The notes beneath the pieces are model-generated. The model saw only the letters and a list, made by a program, of their open reading frames with translations. It did no database searches and was not told where the DNA came from. From Candidatus Woesearchaeota archaeon (GTDB lineage: Archaea; Nanobdellota; Nanobdellia; Pacearchaeales; GW2011-AR1): a DNA stretch of 64,000 nt. Shown one piece after another: positions 1-10,234 of the stretch. Each line of letters begins with the position of its first letter. Positions within the stretch are counted from its first letter, which is position 1. Position numbers and translations under genes: made by a program. The stretch is from positions 10,050-74,049 of the forward strand of contig CAZCCD010000002.1 in the NCBI GenBank assembly GCA_964497435.1, read 5' to 3'.

Positions 1-267
1 TATTTAATTACAACATAGTCCTCGGAGGCAAATGCAAAAAACTTCTTCGGTTTAGGAGTAAGATTTATCGTTCCAATTTCGCCCACCTTAATAGTAGCAG
101 ATCTTTTATCATGAGAAGCATAATTTAGAACAGCTATTAGCAACTAATAAAGAAGTTATTAAAGTAGCCGCCAATGTTCTTTTCATAACCTATCAACTAT
201 AATTTAGTTTTTAACCATTTCTACCATTCATCACAACCTTTAAAACCCCTTTATTTCTCTCTAAATC

Positions 268-975
268 ATGACAGAATTAGAAGTCGGCGATGTTGTAATG
301 TGTACTGTAGAAAGAATAGTCGGAACAACTGTCTTCGTGAAAATAGATGGAAATGGCGAAGGTTCAATCATATTAAGTGAAATAGCCCCTGGAAGAATTA
401 GAAATTTAAGAGATTATGTTGTGCCAAAAAAAGTCATAATATGCAAAGTCTTAAGAATCTCAGGAGACAGAATAGACCTATCCCTAAGAAGAGTGACTCC
501 AAAAGAACAGAAAGAAATAAGAGAGAGATATAAACTTGAAAAAAGTTACAATAGCATTTTCAAAACAGTCCTTGGTGAAAAATCAGATGAAATTATAGAT
601 AAAATAAGAAAAGAATCGTCGTTGTATGATTTCGTAGAAGAATCAAAAGAAAACCCAATTATATTGGAAAATTTAATAGAAAAAGATAAAGCAAAAAAAA
701 TATTAGAGATATTAAAAACTCAAAAACAAAAAAGAGTCGTTATAAAAAAAGAATTCAGTATGACTAGTATAAAACCAAATGGCATTAAATTAATAAAGGA
801 AATTTTAACAAAAGAAAAAAATGTTCAGATTAATTATGTTGGTGCAGGCAGGTATACTATTAAAACAGAGGCTATTGACCCTAAAAAAGCAGACAATTTG
901 CTCACCGAAACTCTAAAAAGCATGGAAAAAGATGCTAAGAAACTCGGCCTGGAATTCGGTATTAAAGAAAAGTAG
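268..975 (+). CDS. translation initiation factor aIF2 alpha subunit (S1 domain at N-terminus)
   Basis: N-terminal S1/OB pattern (GDVVMCTV...G.FV.I...EG.I..SEI), basic helical middle, length typical of small aIF2-alpha; canonical archaeal neighbour of nop10. Confidence 0.7.
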   Translation: MTELEVGDVVMCTVERIVGTTVFVKIDGNGEGSIILSEIAPGRIRNLRDYVVPKKVIICKVLRISGDRIDLSLRRVTPKEQKEIRERYKLEKSYNSIFKTVLGEKSDEIIDKIRKESSLYDFVEESKENPIILENLIEKDKAKKILEILKTQKQKRVVIKKEFSMTSIKPNGIKLIKEILTKEKNVQINYVGAGRYTIKTEAIDPKKADNLLTETLKSMEKDAKKLGLEFGIKEK

Positions 976-1021
976 TTCTTAAAAATTAACAATATTTAAG
1001 AAGGGAAAATTTTATAAATAG

Positions 1022-1921
1022 GTGATTTATGGTTTTTTTATGGGAGAAAGTAAAAACAACATACATACCTCAAGAGTTCCTTATTTCCATTTTAGACAAG
1101 GAATAAATTTGTGCGGTCCAACCAAATTACAAATAGTTCTTTATGGAAGAGGTGCCCTATATGATCAAGAAGAACTTGCTGCATACATGGGAGTTTATGT
1201 AAGCATAGATCATAAAAATTCATATTCTCCAGTTCTTAGACATAGAGCTCTTCCAAAAGTAGATAAAATTGATCCAAGAACCGGAGAAGTTGTAAAAGAT
1301 TTAGGTGGAAATCCTGTAAAAGTTGATGATGCAAGAGTGGGCTTTAGTATTTGCAGATGGGAAAATAAAAGAGTTCAAGAGAAAATTAGATATTTAGGAT
1401 TAGAGGTATCGGTACATCGTCCAAGCGATTTAGGTTTAACTAGGTTAGTAAAAGATCCTAGTGAATACACGGAAGAGGAATTAAGAATAGCTTCAGAATT
1501 CATTGGTCCGGAAAATCTAGACCGAGGAAATGATGTGGGAATGAACTATAGATGGGACAAATTCAGAGGAACAGAAGATGGACACTATGTTTTAATTTCT
1601 TCTTTCAATGAAAAAAATTATTTAGTAACTGTTACAGATCCTTCGCCAACAAACCCCCCTAATTGGAGTGAGAATCTAAGAAAGTTTTTATTCGGCATGC
1701 AGCCAGTATTTAGAGAAGATGATAATAAGCAAAGAGAAAGAGGATTTTTGGTATTTAAAGGACCTAGAAAATTAAAAACCTATGATTTATCAGAATTATT
1801 AAATACATCTGGAGAAGCTCCAAAATATATTCCAGTAGCCTATGAGATGAAGCCAAAGGACATAGATCCTGAAAAATTTCCTAAACCAATTATGCCTGAA
1901 GAAAGGATGATTAAATCTTAA
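1022..1921 (+). CDS. hypothetical protein, possible papain-fold (C39-like) cysteine peptidase
   Basis: Cys in NLCGPT near N-terminus, His in DGHYVLISS followed ~18 aa later by VTVTDP (C39-like H-hydrophobic ... DP pattern); inference only. Confidence 0.3.
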   Translation: MIYGFFMGESKNNIHTSRVPYFHFRQGINLCGPTKLQIVLYGRGALYDQEELAAYMGVYVSIDHKNSYSPVLRHRALPKVDKIDPRTGEVVKDLGGNPVKVDDARVGFSICRWENKRVQEKIRYLGLEVSVHRPSDLGLTRLVKDPSEYTEEELRIASEFIGPENLDRGNDVGMNYRWDKFRGTEDGHYVLISSFNEKNYLVTVTDPSPTNPPNWSENLRKFLFGMQPVFREDDNKQRERGFLVFKGPRKLKTYDLSELLNTSGEAPKYIPVAYEMKPKDIDPEKFPKPIMPEERMIKS

Positions 1922-2039
1922 TGCTTATTTTTCCTAAAAATTTCTCCATTATCGAGAGGTAAATTTCATTTGAAAATCTTAACAATAGTTAATATAAAGA
2001 TTAGGATAAAAACGCAAAACTTAAATACTATTTTTTGGA

Positions 2040-2474
2040 TTGAATTATATGGCAAACAAGATGAGAATAAATGACGAATTCAACGTAATTCTTCTGGCTG
2101 TTATTTTTGATCCTGCAAAAAGAAAAATCCTAATAGGAAGGCAGGATGGCGACCCGAAACTAGGTAAAAAATTCACGTGGGGTTTTCCTGGGGCTTACCT
2201 AAAACATGGTGATGATATTGACAAAGTCCTAAAAGCAGATATTAAACTCAAAACAGGATATGATATAAAAAATCTCGGGACAATCTTCTCAAAAGTCTAT
2301 CCTGAAAATAAAAAGTTTTTTGCAGTATATTTCTTATGTGAAGTTTTCAGAGGGAAAATGTCTCCTGGAGGTTTCTTCAAAGAATTAGAGTGGGTCAGCC
2401 CAGAAGAACTAGAAAATTTGTTCACAACTTCCTTCCATCCAAGGTTGAGAGAGTATATATTAAATCTAAAGTAA
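2040..2474 (+). CDS. hypothetical protein (weak Nudix-like G...K...G pattern, not canonical)
   Basis: ORF only; GRQDGDPKLGKKFTWGFPGA... loosely Nudix-like, lacks REuxEE. Confidence 0.25.
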   Translation: MNYMANKMRINDEFNVILLAVIFDPAKRKILIGRQDGDPKLGKKFTWGFPGAYLKHGDDIDKVLKADIKLKTGYDIKNLGTIFSKVYPENKKFFAVYFLCEVFRGKMSPGGFFKELEWVSPEELENLFTTSFHPRLREYILNLK

Positions 2475-2476
2475 AA

Positions 2477-2596
2477 ATGAAGCTAAGAAAATGTTCTGCT
2501 TGCAATATTTACACTCTTAAATCTCTTTGCCCTAAATGCAATAAAGAAACAAAATCAGCACATTATAAGTTTATTAAAATGAAAAAACCTATTTAA
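2477..2596 (+). CDS. nop10: H/ACA ribonucleoprotein subunit Nop10
   Basis: MKLRKCSACNIYTLKSLCPKCNKETKSAHYKF matches the Nop10 zinc-ribbon pattern (RKC..C..YTL...CP.CG..T..AHP.RF). The 68-aa track ORF 2390..2596 is an in-frame upstream extension overlapping the previous gene; true start likely ATG ~2477. Confidence 0.7.
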   Translation: MKLRKCSACNIYTLKSLCPKCNKETKSAHYKFIKMKKPI

Positions 2597-2605
2597 GAAT
2601 AAAAA

Positions 2606-3799
2606 TTATCTTACATCAAATACCAATTCTTCTGGGCCTTTTTTGTATAATGTTTCATCTATCATATCTTTGTTAGTTTCTGGATTTAAAGCTCCCTCAT
2701 TTTTTATTTTTATAGAACGATTTCCTGTAACATAACCAATGTTTTTTGATTCAATACCATGAATCCTTGCAACATCAATAACTCTTTCAGGATATGGACT
2801 TACAATTACCATTCCTTGACCCATATTCCAAGTTCTGTATGCCTCTTCATCAGATACATTTCCTAATGCTTGAGTATATAACATAAAATCAGAAGGCTTA
2901 AAAGGATTATCTATCACTGCACCTAACTCAGAGGGCTTTAATATTCTTCCAAGTTTTCCAGGAATTCCCCCGCCAGTAATATGTGCAATCCCATGAATTT
3001 CTACTTTTGGCTCTCCATCAAATCCTCCAAACATATCAACAACAGCTTTAGAATAAATCCTAGAAGGAGTCAAAGCTAAACTTCCTAAAGTGTGTAGGCC
3101 CGTCTTCCAAGAAATATTGTGCCAGTTTTCTTTTTGGTGATAAGTCATTACTCTTCTAACAAGCGATAACCCATTTGATCTAAACCCGTCTTCTTTCAGT
3201 CCAACAAGAGCATCTCCTTCTTTAATTTCTCTTCCAGTAAACATTCTATCCTTCCTAGCAAACCAAACAACTCCAGCTCCCCAATTATAATTAAATGAAT
3301 CATATCCCCCTACTCTACTGCCTAATTCAGCAACCTCCCCATTAACAATTGCGACATTAGCGGCTTTGGCTGCTTCGATATATCCTTGAGCTAATTGTCT
3401 TACTTGATCAAGAAAAGGATTACCATTTTCATCTGATAAAGATCTAACATCTAAAATAGAGCCAACTAAAACAGGCTCTGCCCCTCTAACAACAGCATCA
3501 TCACACACCATTGCAAATAAATCATAAGCAATTGTTCTATGATTTCCAACTCTTTCTGCTAACTCCATTTTAGTTCCAACACCATCAAATCCAATATTCA
3601 TCAAAGTTCCATAAGGTAAATTCGAAACATCAATAGCTCTAACTCCAGAGAAATCGTCAAAAGGAACAATAACCTCTCCTAATCGTCCTTTTCTATTACC
3701 CCATGTTTGTTTTGCAGCATTATAAAGGATTTCAGAAACATTATCCCCTAAATCAATATTCACTCCAGAATCTGCATAAGTTGTTTGTTTTATGGACAT
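2606..3799 (-). CDS. purM: phosphoribosylformylglycinamidine cyclo-ligase (AIR synthase, PurM family)
   Basis: TYADSGVNIDLGD (cf. SYKDAGVDIDAGN), GFDGVGTKMELA, AMVCDDAVVRGAEP, AHITGGG and YRTWNMGQGMVIV all align to PurM; ~50 aa longer than bacterial PurM. Confidence 0.8.
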   Translation of the reverse strand: MSIKQTTYADSGVNIDLGDNVSEILYNAAKQTWGNRKGRLGEVIVPFDDFSGVRAIDVSNLPYGTLMNIGFDGVGTKMELAERVGNHRTIAYDLFAMVCDDAVVRGAEPVLVGSILDVRSLSDENGNPFLDQVRQLAQGYIEAAKAANVAIVNGEVAELGSRVGGYDSFNYNWGAGVVWFARKDRMFTGREIKEGDALVGLKEDGFRSNGLSLVRRVMTYHQKENWHNISWKTGLHTLGSLALTPSRIYSKAVVDMFGGFDGEPKVEIHGIAHITGGGIPGKLGRILKPSELGAVIDNPFKPSDFMLYTQALGNVSDEEAYRTWNMGQGMVIVSPYPERVIDVARIHGIESKNIGYVTGNRSIKIKNEGALNPETNKDMIDETLYKKGPEELVFDVR

Positions 3800-3866
3800 A
3801 AAGAGTTAATATAAAAAGGATTTAAATATTTTTATGTGAAATTTTCATCAAAGTAAAGTAGCAAGG

Positions 3867-6467
3867 TTAAAGCGTAGCTTGCTTCTCTCCTAACAAAGCC
3901 TGACCATACTTTCCATCAAAACCAGGCTTGACTCTTATTTTTCCTTCTCTATTTTTCAAAATCAAATCTATTAATTTTGCATCAACGTTATTTTTAATAA
4001 AATCAGTTTCAGGAACATTTAATAAAATATTAAACTCATTACCAAAATTTTGGATTAAAGAATTATATCTTTTCCAAACACTGACAGAATTCATATCGAC
4101 TCCAAAATGCAAGGCAATTAATTCATGCAAAGGAAGTAATTTATAAAAAGGTTTTGCATTAATTGGTTTATGTCCTAAAGGAAATTTAGCAATTTTGTCA
4201 ACCCTATTATCCACACCAATTGTCAACGGTTTTTTGCAAATAGGGCAAAGTCCATTGAGTTTTTTTGTTTCTTCTGGTGAACAAGAAAAATTACAGTTTC
4301 TATGTCCATCATAATGATATTTTCCATATTCAGGAGGAGTTTCTATTGTTGCCTTTAATCCTTGTCCTGTCCTTATTGCCTTCATAATATTTTCATAACT
4401 TAATTCTTTAAGCTCAAATATAGTTGCCTCTCTTCCAATCCTCCACGGCCAAAAAGAATTATGAACAACCAATTGATTAGCAAGATAATTCTTATAACCA
4501 GGAACAGAGATATCATAAAGATAATCAACATCTGACTTAACATTATTAACAGATTTAACTTCTGCAAGGATAAAATCACCCACTCTCTTCACTTTAGACA
4601 TCCTAAAAACCTTAAGATTATTAACATATTTATTTAACTTATTTCTTTTAATATTATGGTTAAATCCAATTTTCTCCCTAAACTTTCTCAAATTCTCCCC
4701 ATAGAGAATCAAATTATGACGATATTTCTGCTTTTTCTTCTCTAATAAATTTAAATAAACTGAACTAAAAATTTCAAACTTTTTTAATAAAGAATCAATT
4801 TGATATAATAACAACTTATTAGCTGAACATCCCTTAACACCATGATCATCTAAAGAACCTTCTGCATCAAAAAATCCTCTTAAAAATCCAGATATTTCAT
4901 TCAAGGGTGCGGAAAAAATCGAACGAGGTATTCTCCTTATTTTGCTTCTAAAAACAGACTCTGGAAAGTTTAACTCAAAGAATTTAGCTATTGCAGAAGG
5001 AATAACTAAACCGTAAGAATGTTGTTGAGAATACTTAAACAGCCTAGAGCTACAAGAAAATAGATTTTTAATTACATCTTGATAATATCTTAAAATATCC
5101 TTGTTCTTATCTGTTAAGATTAAACACTTCCCCCTATTTATCTTAGTCATACAACCATCTCCAATAAAATATCCCAATAGTTCAAAAAGTTTAATAGAAG
5201 AATAATTTGGAAAACTAACCATAGGACCCATATGTTTACAATAATTACCTGTAAATAAGTTATAATCTAAACTAAGAATTTCAACTATTTTTTTTAATAT
5301 TTTATCATTAATTTTTACAACTCCTTTCTCAATTTTCCAATAATGGTTTTTATCTATTCCTAAAAAATCAGCTAATTGTTTCTGTGTTAATTTCCTTTTA
5401 TTTCTTTTAGACCTTAAAAAAGAAAGTCCATCTCTGCTTAATGAAAAATATATATTAATATCTGGTTTCTTCATTAATATACTTCCTTCGTCATTATGGG
5501 AGATATATGCGGATCTAATTAACAGGTCTCCTTTTTTCAAATGAGAGGCAAACTTTTCTATTATAACCCCTTTCTCCCACACATAAAATCTATGTTTATC
5601 AGAGACTTTTATCTCACCTCCAGCATATTTGATTTCTTTCAGCATATTTGGAGATAGTATCTTAGAATACTGAGCTTTAACTCCATTTTTATAAGACATA
5701 TCTTTAAAATCGGCGTAAGCTACTATACCTTCATCTTTAATTTCAGAGATGGGAACAGTGTAACCATTCTCCAAGGTAATAAAAGTATCGGGATGCACAC
5801 AGTGAGCGTCTGAAAAACTAACAACATTAACATTACCTTCTCCAATCTCTCCTAATCTCCAGGCCATAGAAGGATCAGCGCTCATCCCTGATTCAATTGC
5901 ATAAATTTTATCTGTCTGATCTTGAAAACACTCTTTTAATGAATCAAATCCAGAATCACTCCCATATAAACCGAACCAAGGCGTGAATGCATGAGCAGGA
6001 ATAATTTCAATTTTGTCTTCAATTTCTTTTAAGTCTTTAACTAAATCTCTACATGTTATACCAAATATAGGCCTTCCATCATAATCCAATCTTCCTTTGC
6101 TTCCAAGATAGCTTGTTATTTTATCTGCGATTTCTCTGTTTGACGCAAAAACCAAAAGATGGACAGCCCTTCTCTTTCCTCCTTGAGAAAACATCAAGCT
6201 TACTTCTGTCTGCCATAAAAAAGGAAAACCATTGACAGTTCTTAAAATTCCTTTATCATCTTCTGTCAATTTTTCATCAATTTCTTTCCTATGCAATGGA
6301 TGCTGAAAATCCCCAACCCCCATCAAACCAAGACCTTTTACTCTCCCCCATTTCTCAAGATTATCAATGCTTAAATCCTTAGAAGTTGCCCTTGCATATT
6401 TGGAATGAATCTGTAAATCAGCAATAATAAAACTCTCGTTAATCATAATAATCAAGAAATAAAACAC
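3867..6467 (-). CDS. endonuclease Q (EndoQ, PHP-domain nuclease with C-terminal zinc ribbon) interrupted by a LAGLIDADG intein
   Basis: ADLQIHSKYARATS...MGVGD, VHLLVF, IPAHAFTPWFGLY, MSADPSMA, SFSDAH|[intein]|SFWPWRIGRE...CPICKKPL follow the Pyrococcus EndoQ order; host ~418 aa + intein 448 aa. Confidence 0.7.
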   Translation of the reverse strand: MFYFLIIMINESFIIADLQIHSKYARATSKDLSIDNLEKWGRVKGLGLMGVGDFQHPLHRKEIDEKLTEDDKGILRTVNGFPFLWQTEVSLMFSQGGKRRAVHLLVFASNREIADKITSYLGSKGRLDYDGRPIFGITCRDLVKDLKEIEDKIEIIPAHAFTPWFGLYGSDSGFDSLKECFQDQTDKIYAIESGMSADPSMAWRLGEIGEGNVNVVSFSDAHCVHPDTFITLENGYTVPISEIKDEGIVAYADFKDMSYKNGVKAQYSKILSPNMLKEIKYAGGEIKVSDKHRFYVWEKGVIIEKFASHLKKGDLLIRSAYISHNDEGSILMKKPDINIYFSLSRDGLSFLRSKRNKRKLTQKQLADFLGIDKNHYWKIEKGVVKINDKILKKIVEILSLDYNLFTGNYCKHMGPMVSFPNYSSIKLFELLGYFIGDGCMTKINRGKCLILTDKNKDILRYYQDVIKNLFSCSSRLFKYSQQHSYGLVIPSAIAKFFELNFPESVFRSKIRRIPRSIFSAPLNEISGFLRGFFDAEGSLDDHGVKGCSANKLLLYQIDSLLKKFEIFSSVYLNLLEKKKQKYRHNLILYGENLRKFREKIGFNHNIKRNKLNKYVNNLKVFRMSKVKRVGDFILAEVKSVNNVKSDVDYLYDISVPGYKNYLANQLVVHNSFWPWRIGREATIFELKELSYENIMKAIRTGQGLKATIETPPEYGKYHYDGHRNCNFSCSPEETKKLNGLCPICKKPLTIGVDNRVDKIAKFPLGHKPINAKPFYKLLPLHELIALHFGVDMNSVSVWKRYNSLIQNFGNEFNILLNVPETDFIKNNVDAKLIDLILKNREGKIRVKPGFDGKYGQALLGEKQATL
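4458..5801 (-). mobile_element. intein (448 aa) in EndoQ with LAGLIDADG homing endonuclease domain and an internal HTH
   Basis: Begins CVHPDTFITLENG right after the catalytic SDAH, ends VVHN followed by S; two dodecapeptide motifs LLGYFIGDGCMTK and FLRGFFDAEGSL; HTH-like LTQKQLADFLGIDKNHYWKIEKG. Confidence 0.8.
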
Positions 6468-6658
6468 TATATAATTATTTTGATAATATATAAGATGTAA
6501 TTTTTATAAGATAAATCAAATTTTTATTAACTTTAATTAGATATAACTATTAAAATAGGAGTCATATTTATGTTATTCATATAATTAGTTGGAGTTAAAT
6601 TAAATCGTCGTTAAAAATAGTTTTAATATACCTTTAATACAAATCATTTATGAAACTT

Positions 6659-9600
6659 TTATTGTCTCAACCTATATAAAATCACAATGACTACTGCTGC
6701 TATTAAAACAGCAACAATAGCCCAAAGCCACCAATAGCTTTTTCCTTCTTTAGTAACTTCCTCTGTTTCACTTACAGCTGCTCCTGTGATTGGAGATCCT
6801 GCTTCCTCTTCTTGTTCACTAGAAGGTGTGCTAGCAACAGGATCTGAAGTTGCAATAATTTTTATATTTGCTTTATTCGTTCCATTTGTAGCAGCTATAC
6901 TGTTAAGGGTCACAGCAACATCATAAAAGTTATCTCCTGTAACCTCAAATTTCTTTGTTTCTCCAATAGCAAAAGTAGATGTTTGAGGCGTGCTCGAAAC
7001 TTTAACAGTAGCTGCTGCTACTGTTACACCAGTAAGCTCAACAAAATGATACTCACTATTTAAAGTAAATCTAAGTTTATCATTAACATTTAAATCCCTT
7101 GAATATCCTGAATTAAATTGTGACTCACTGACATCGTGTATTGAACCTGCAGCACCTGCACCTCCATCACTTGAGGAACTAGAAGATGATGAGCTGCTTC
7201 CTGAAGAAGGCGCATTTCCAATAACATTTGGTGCAACCCCAGAGAAATGAGGCACTCTTATGTATATCATATTTGAAGTAGTATTAATATAACAATATTC
7301 TGTATTTGTAGTTCCATTGAGATTAGAATCTGTCTTACTACATGTTCTTCCAGCAGTTGTTAAAAAGTTTCTATAACCTGTTGAATTATAAGACCTATTA
7401 TTTGAATTTCCTAAATACTGGTCAATATCTGATGTTATATTAGAAGTTGTATGGCCTAAAGAAGCGTTCCAAACAACATTCCAGTTCTCGTCGTAAAGGA
7501 AAGGTATTGAGACATTCATGCTGCCTGCATCATTGATTACAGAATCAGAATAAGGCATCCCAATTACCACATAGTCATAAACTTCTGAAGGAACAAAACT
7601 TCCAAATTGCCAGACCTGATTTGCACTACTTCCACCACTTGATGCCTGATCATTTATGACACTCTCCATTGGGGGTTGTTTAGCCGAGAACATGTCAAAA
7701 TTATAGAAAGTTATTGTTGTATTTGATGAAATAAGTTTCATCTCCATATTTATCTTTCCGGCAACCAAGGCCTTCAAAGGATTAAATTCTGAATTATTCA
7801 TAGCTGTTAAAACGCAAGAAGAGCCTGGATTTATTCCATCACAAGTTGAAGTTGATCTTATGAACCTCATGTTTATTGGAAAAGCAGAGACATTCATTTC
7901 TTCAAGCTGTCCAGAAGAATTAACTTTTCTAAATCCTAAATCACCATCTCCTTCATTCATCTGAATTATAGTTATGTTATTTACGGCTTTGCTTAGATTA
8001 ATTGTTTTTTCAGTTGGGGGGGCTTGATTAGGGAACAATTTTATCTTTGCTATAACATTTCTAGGTATTGGCCAGACAAAACTTCCTTGAGAAATCTGAT
8101 TATCCTCAATTATATAGTGTAGTTCGCCAAAAGTACTATCATTTCTAAGATACAAATCTACATGGGGGGTATCATCTGTAATTAAACCACCAGTAGAATT
8201 CACAAAGTTAATTGTCACTTTTGTTGCATTTACGTCTCCACCAGTGGCATTATTATAAGCTCCAGCAAGAGGACCTAAAGTAACATTTTGAGTCGTTGTT
8301 GCAGAAAGGCTAACATTTTGTAACATTCCCACGTACTCTGCAACACCATCATGAGTTGAATTTGTTGTGTTTTTTGCATAAAACTCTAAAAGATAATTAG
8401 AATTCAGCAAGCTTATATTATACCACGCAAATTGGCCATTCATCGTACAAGGAGGATTAGATTGATTTAATTGTGAAGTCGATGATAAATTAAGCTCTCC
8501 TGTATCTTTCATTGGAGGAACAAAACCAGTCCAAGGCATCATTCTTGGGATTATTGATGTAACATTTCTTATTGGTGTTAAATTTCCAGAAACTCCGATA
8601 CATCCTGATAGATAAACTCTTGTAACAGTCAAATTAAGTTGAACATTTAATACCTGACCAGCCACTGTAGGAGTAACTGTTGAATTTGATCTTGGAGGTG
8701 CAGGACAGTGCGTCGCATTCATAAACTGACCATTGCATGTTGACCCATTTCCAAATGAGAATCCGCTAATTCCTGTGAATGGCTCTCTTAAAACCATAAT
8801 CGTATACTGTCTATTCAATGGAACATAAACTTGCTTAACACTTACATTTGTCCTAAAATTACTTTCAATTGGAAATCCTGCTTTTTGCTCCATTACTTCA
8901 TAGCCAAATAACTGCCACCCGCCTGCAGTCGTATTTATTGCACTAATATTAATAGTTGCAGCATCTTCAACATAGAAAGTTGTTCCATTAAGTGTTGGGG
9001 GTTTCATAAATTCATTCCCTTGAAAGTCATCAAAGTCAAAACTAGGCAATGGGTAATACATCATTGCAGGGAAAGGAGGTAATATAGTCCCAACTTTAAT
9101 CACAGAACCACTTGCATTTTCATGTGTTGAATTAGAACCTTGCCTATAATACATCTTTAACAAGAACAAGTCTGCAGAGCTATTAATATTTGACAAAGTA
9201 AAAGAACCATCATTACCACTTAAAGCACTAGCTACAAAAATCTCTTTTGGCGGGCCATTTGGTTGCTCAGCAAATTGATAAATAGAAACATTGGCTCCTG
9301 TTACATTATGACCTGTTTCATTTTTTATATAACCTGAAAAAGCAAAATTAGTTGTAGTTGATGATGTTGAGGCATTCCATCCTCCATTATCCCTTGTCAC
9401 ATTAAGGCTTATATTTACATTTTGGCCTTCTACTGAAGTAACATTAAATGCAAAATTCTTTGTTGTTCCCCATTTGAATCCTCCTGCTGTTAGATTCCAC
9501 CTTAAACTACTAGAAGTATTAATAAAAGATGACCATGTCGCATTTGTGGAATTTGAATTAGAAACAAATGTAACGCCCATAGGCAATGAAAACTCAACTA

Positions 9601-10234
9601 CAGTTACATTAGATGTATCGTCTGATTGCCCTGTTATTGAAAAATTAACTTGAGTATTTGCAGATCTATTTATAGAAGTTGGATTTTGAGAAACCGCAAA
9701 AGGGGTTATACCATTTATCCTTATACTTATTGTTGTAAAGTTTATGGGAGAGTGCGAAGAATTTGAGGTTGAAATATTTAAGGTGTATGTTCCGGGGATT
9801 GATGTTGTTGCATTAAACCAAAAGTATTGCAATCCATTAGACGCCCAAAGATTAACAAGACTATTCATTGATGCATTAGTCCAATTCAAAACAGTGCTGG
9901 TAGTCATACTTGAGTTTGATGTGACATTAAATGTATTTGCTACAATAACAGTGCCATTAGAAGTGCCGTTAGAAGTATCAGTAAAAATAAAACCGACAGG
10001 AAGTACAATACTAACTAGCGTTACATTCATCGTACCTGCAACAGTATCTGTGTTATTTATAGAAATGTTATATGTAAATTCTACATTTTCATTCACTGAA
10101 AAAGATGTTCCGCTAACAGGTCCTATTATATGCGCCGCAAAAACAAGATACAGAGAAAGAACTAAAATTGCACTTACAAATAAAAATAAACCTATCTTAA
10201 TCCTACCTCTTTTATCCATCTTCCCTTTTAACAT
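6659..10234 (-). CDS. large secreted surface (S-layer-like) glycoprotein, N-terminal signal/anchor, poly-Ser linker, conserved C-terminal module plus TM anchor
   Basis: 1191 aa; N-terminal hydrophobic segment; very many N-x-S/T sequons throughout; SSGSSSSSSSSSSDGG linker; C-terminal YWWLWAIVAVLIAAVVIVILYRLRQ. Confidence 0.6.
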   Translation of the reverse strand: MLKGKMDKRGRIKIGLFLFVSAILVLSLYLVFAAHIIGPVSGTSFSVNENVEFTYNISINNTDTVAGTMNVTLVSIVLPVGFIFTDTSNGTSNGTVIVANTFNVTSNSSMTTSTVLNWTNASMNSLVNLWASNGLQYFWFNATTSIPGTYTLNISTSNSSHSPINFTTISIRINGITPFAVSQNPTSINRSANTQVNFSITGQSDDTSNVTVVEFSLPMGVTFVSNSNSTNATWSSFINTSSSLRWNLTAGGFKWGTTKNFAFNVTSVEGQNVNISLNVTRDNGGWNASTSSTTTNFAFSGYIKNETGHNVTGANVSIYQFAEQPNGPPKEIFVASALSGNDGSFTLSNINSSADLFLLKMYYRQGSNSTHENASGSVIKVGTILPPFPAMMYYPLPSFDFDDFQGNEFMKPPTLNGTTFYVEDAATINISAINTTAGGWQLFGYEVMEQKAGFPIESNFRTNVSVKQVYVPLNRQYTIMVLREPFTGISGFSFGNGSTCNGQFMNATHCPAPPRSNSTVTPTVAGQVLNVQLNLTVTRVYLSGCIGVSGNLTPIRNVTSIIPRMMPWTGFVPPMKDTGELNLSSTSQLNQSNPPCTMNGQFAWYNISLLNSNYLLEFYAKNTTNSTHDGVAEYVGMLQNVSLSATTTQNVTLGPLAGAYNNATGGDVNATKVTINFVNSTGGLITDDTPHVDLYLRNDSTFGELHYIIEDNQISQGSFVWPIPRNVIAKIKLFPNQAPPTEKTINLSKAVNNITIIQMNEGDGDLGFRKVNSSGQLEEMNVSAFPINMRFIRSTSTCDGINPGSSCVLTAMNNSEFNPLKALVAGKINMEMKLISSNTTITFYNFDMFSAKQPPMESVINDQASSGGSSANQVWQFGSFVPSEVYDYVVIGMPYSDSVINDAGSMNVSIPFLYDENWNVVWNASLGHTTSNITSDIDQYLGNSNNRSYNSTGYRNFLTTAGRTCSKTDSNLNGTTNTEYCYINTTSNMIYIRVPHFSGVAPNVIGNAPSSGSSSSSSSSSSDGGAGAAGSIHDVSESQFNSGYSRDLNVNDKLRFTLNSEYHFVELTGVTVAAATVKVSSTPQTSTFAIGETKKFEVTGDNFYDVAVTLNSIAATNGTNKANIKIIATSDPVASTPSSEQEEEAGSPITGAAVSETEEVTKEGKSYWWLWAIVAVLIAAVVIVILYRLRQ

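Noticed and set aside
2390-2596. 68-aa track ORF overlapping the end of 2040..2474
   Set aside because: Only its C-terminal 39 aa (from ATG ~2477) match Nop10. The upstream part is an in-frame read-through into the previous gene, so it was re-annotated as nop10 2477..2596.
3928-4146. 72-aa plus-strand ORF inside the EndoQ 3' region
   Set aside because: It is antisense to the conserved EndoQ zinc-ribbon region and has no independent support.
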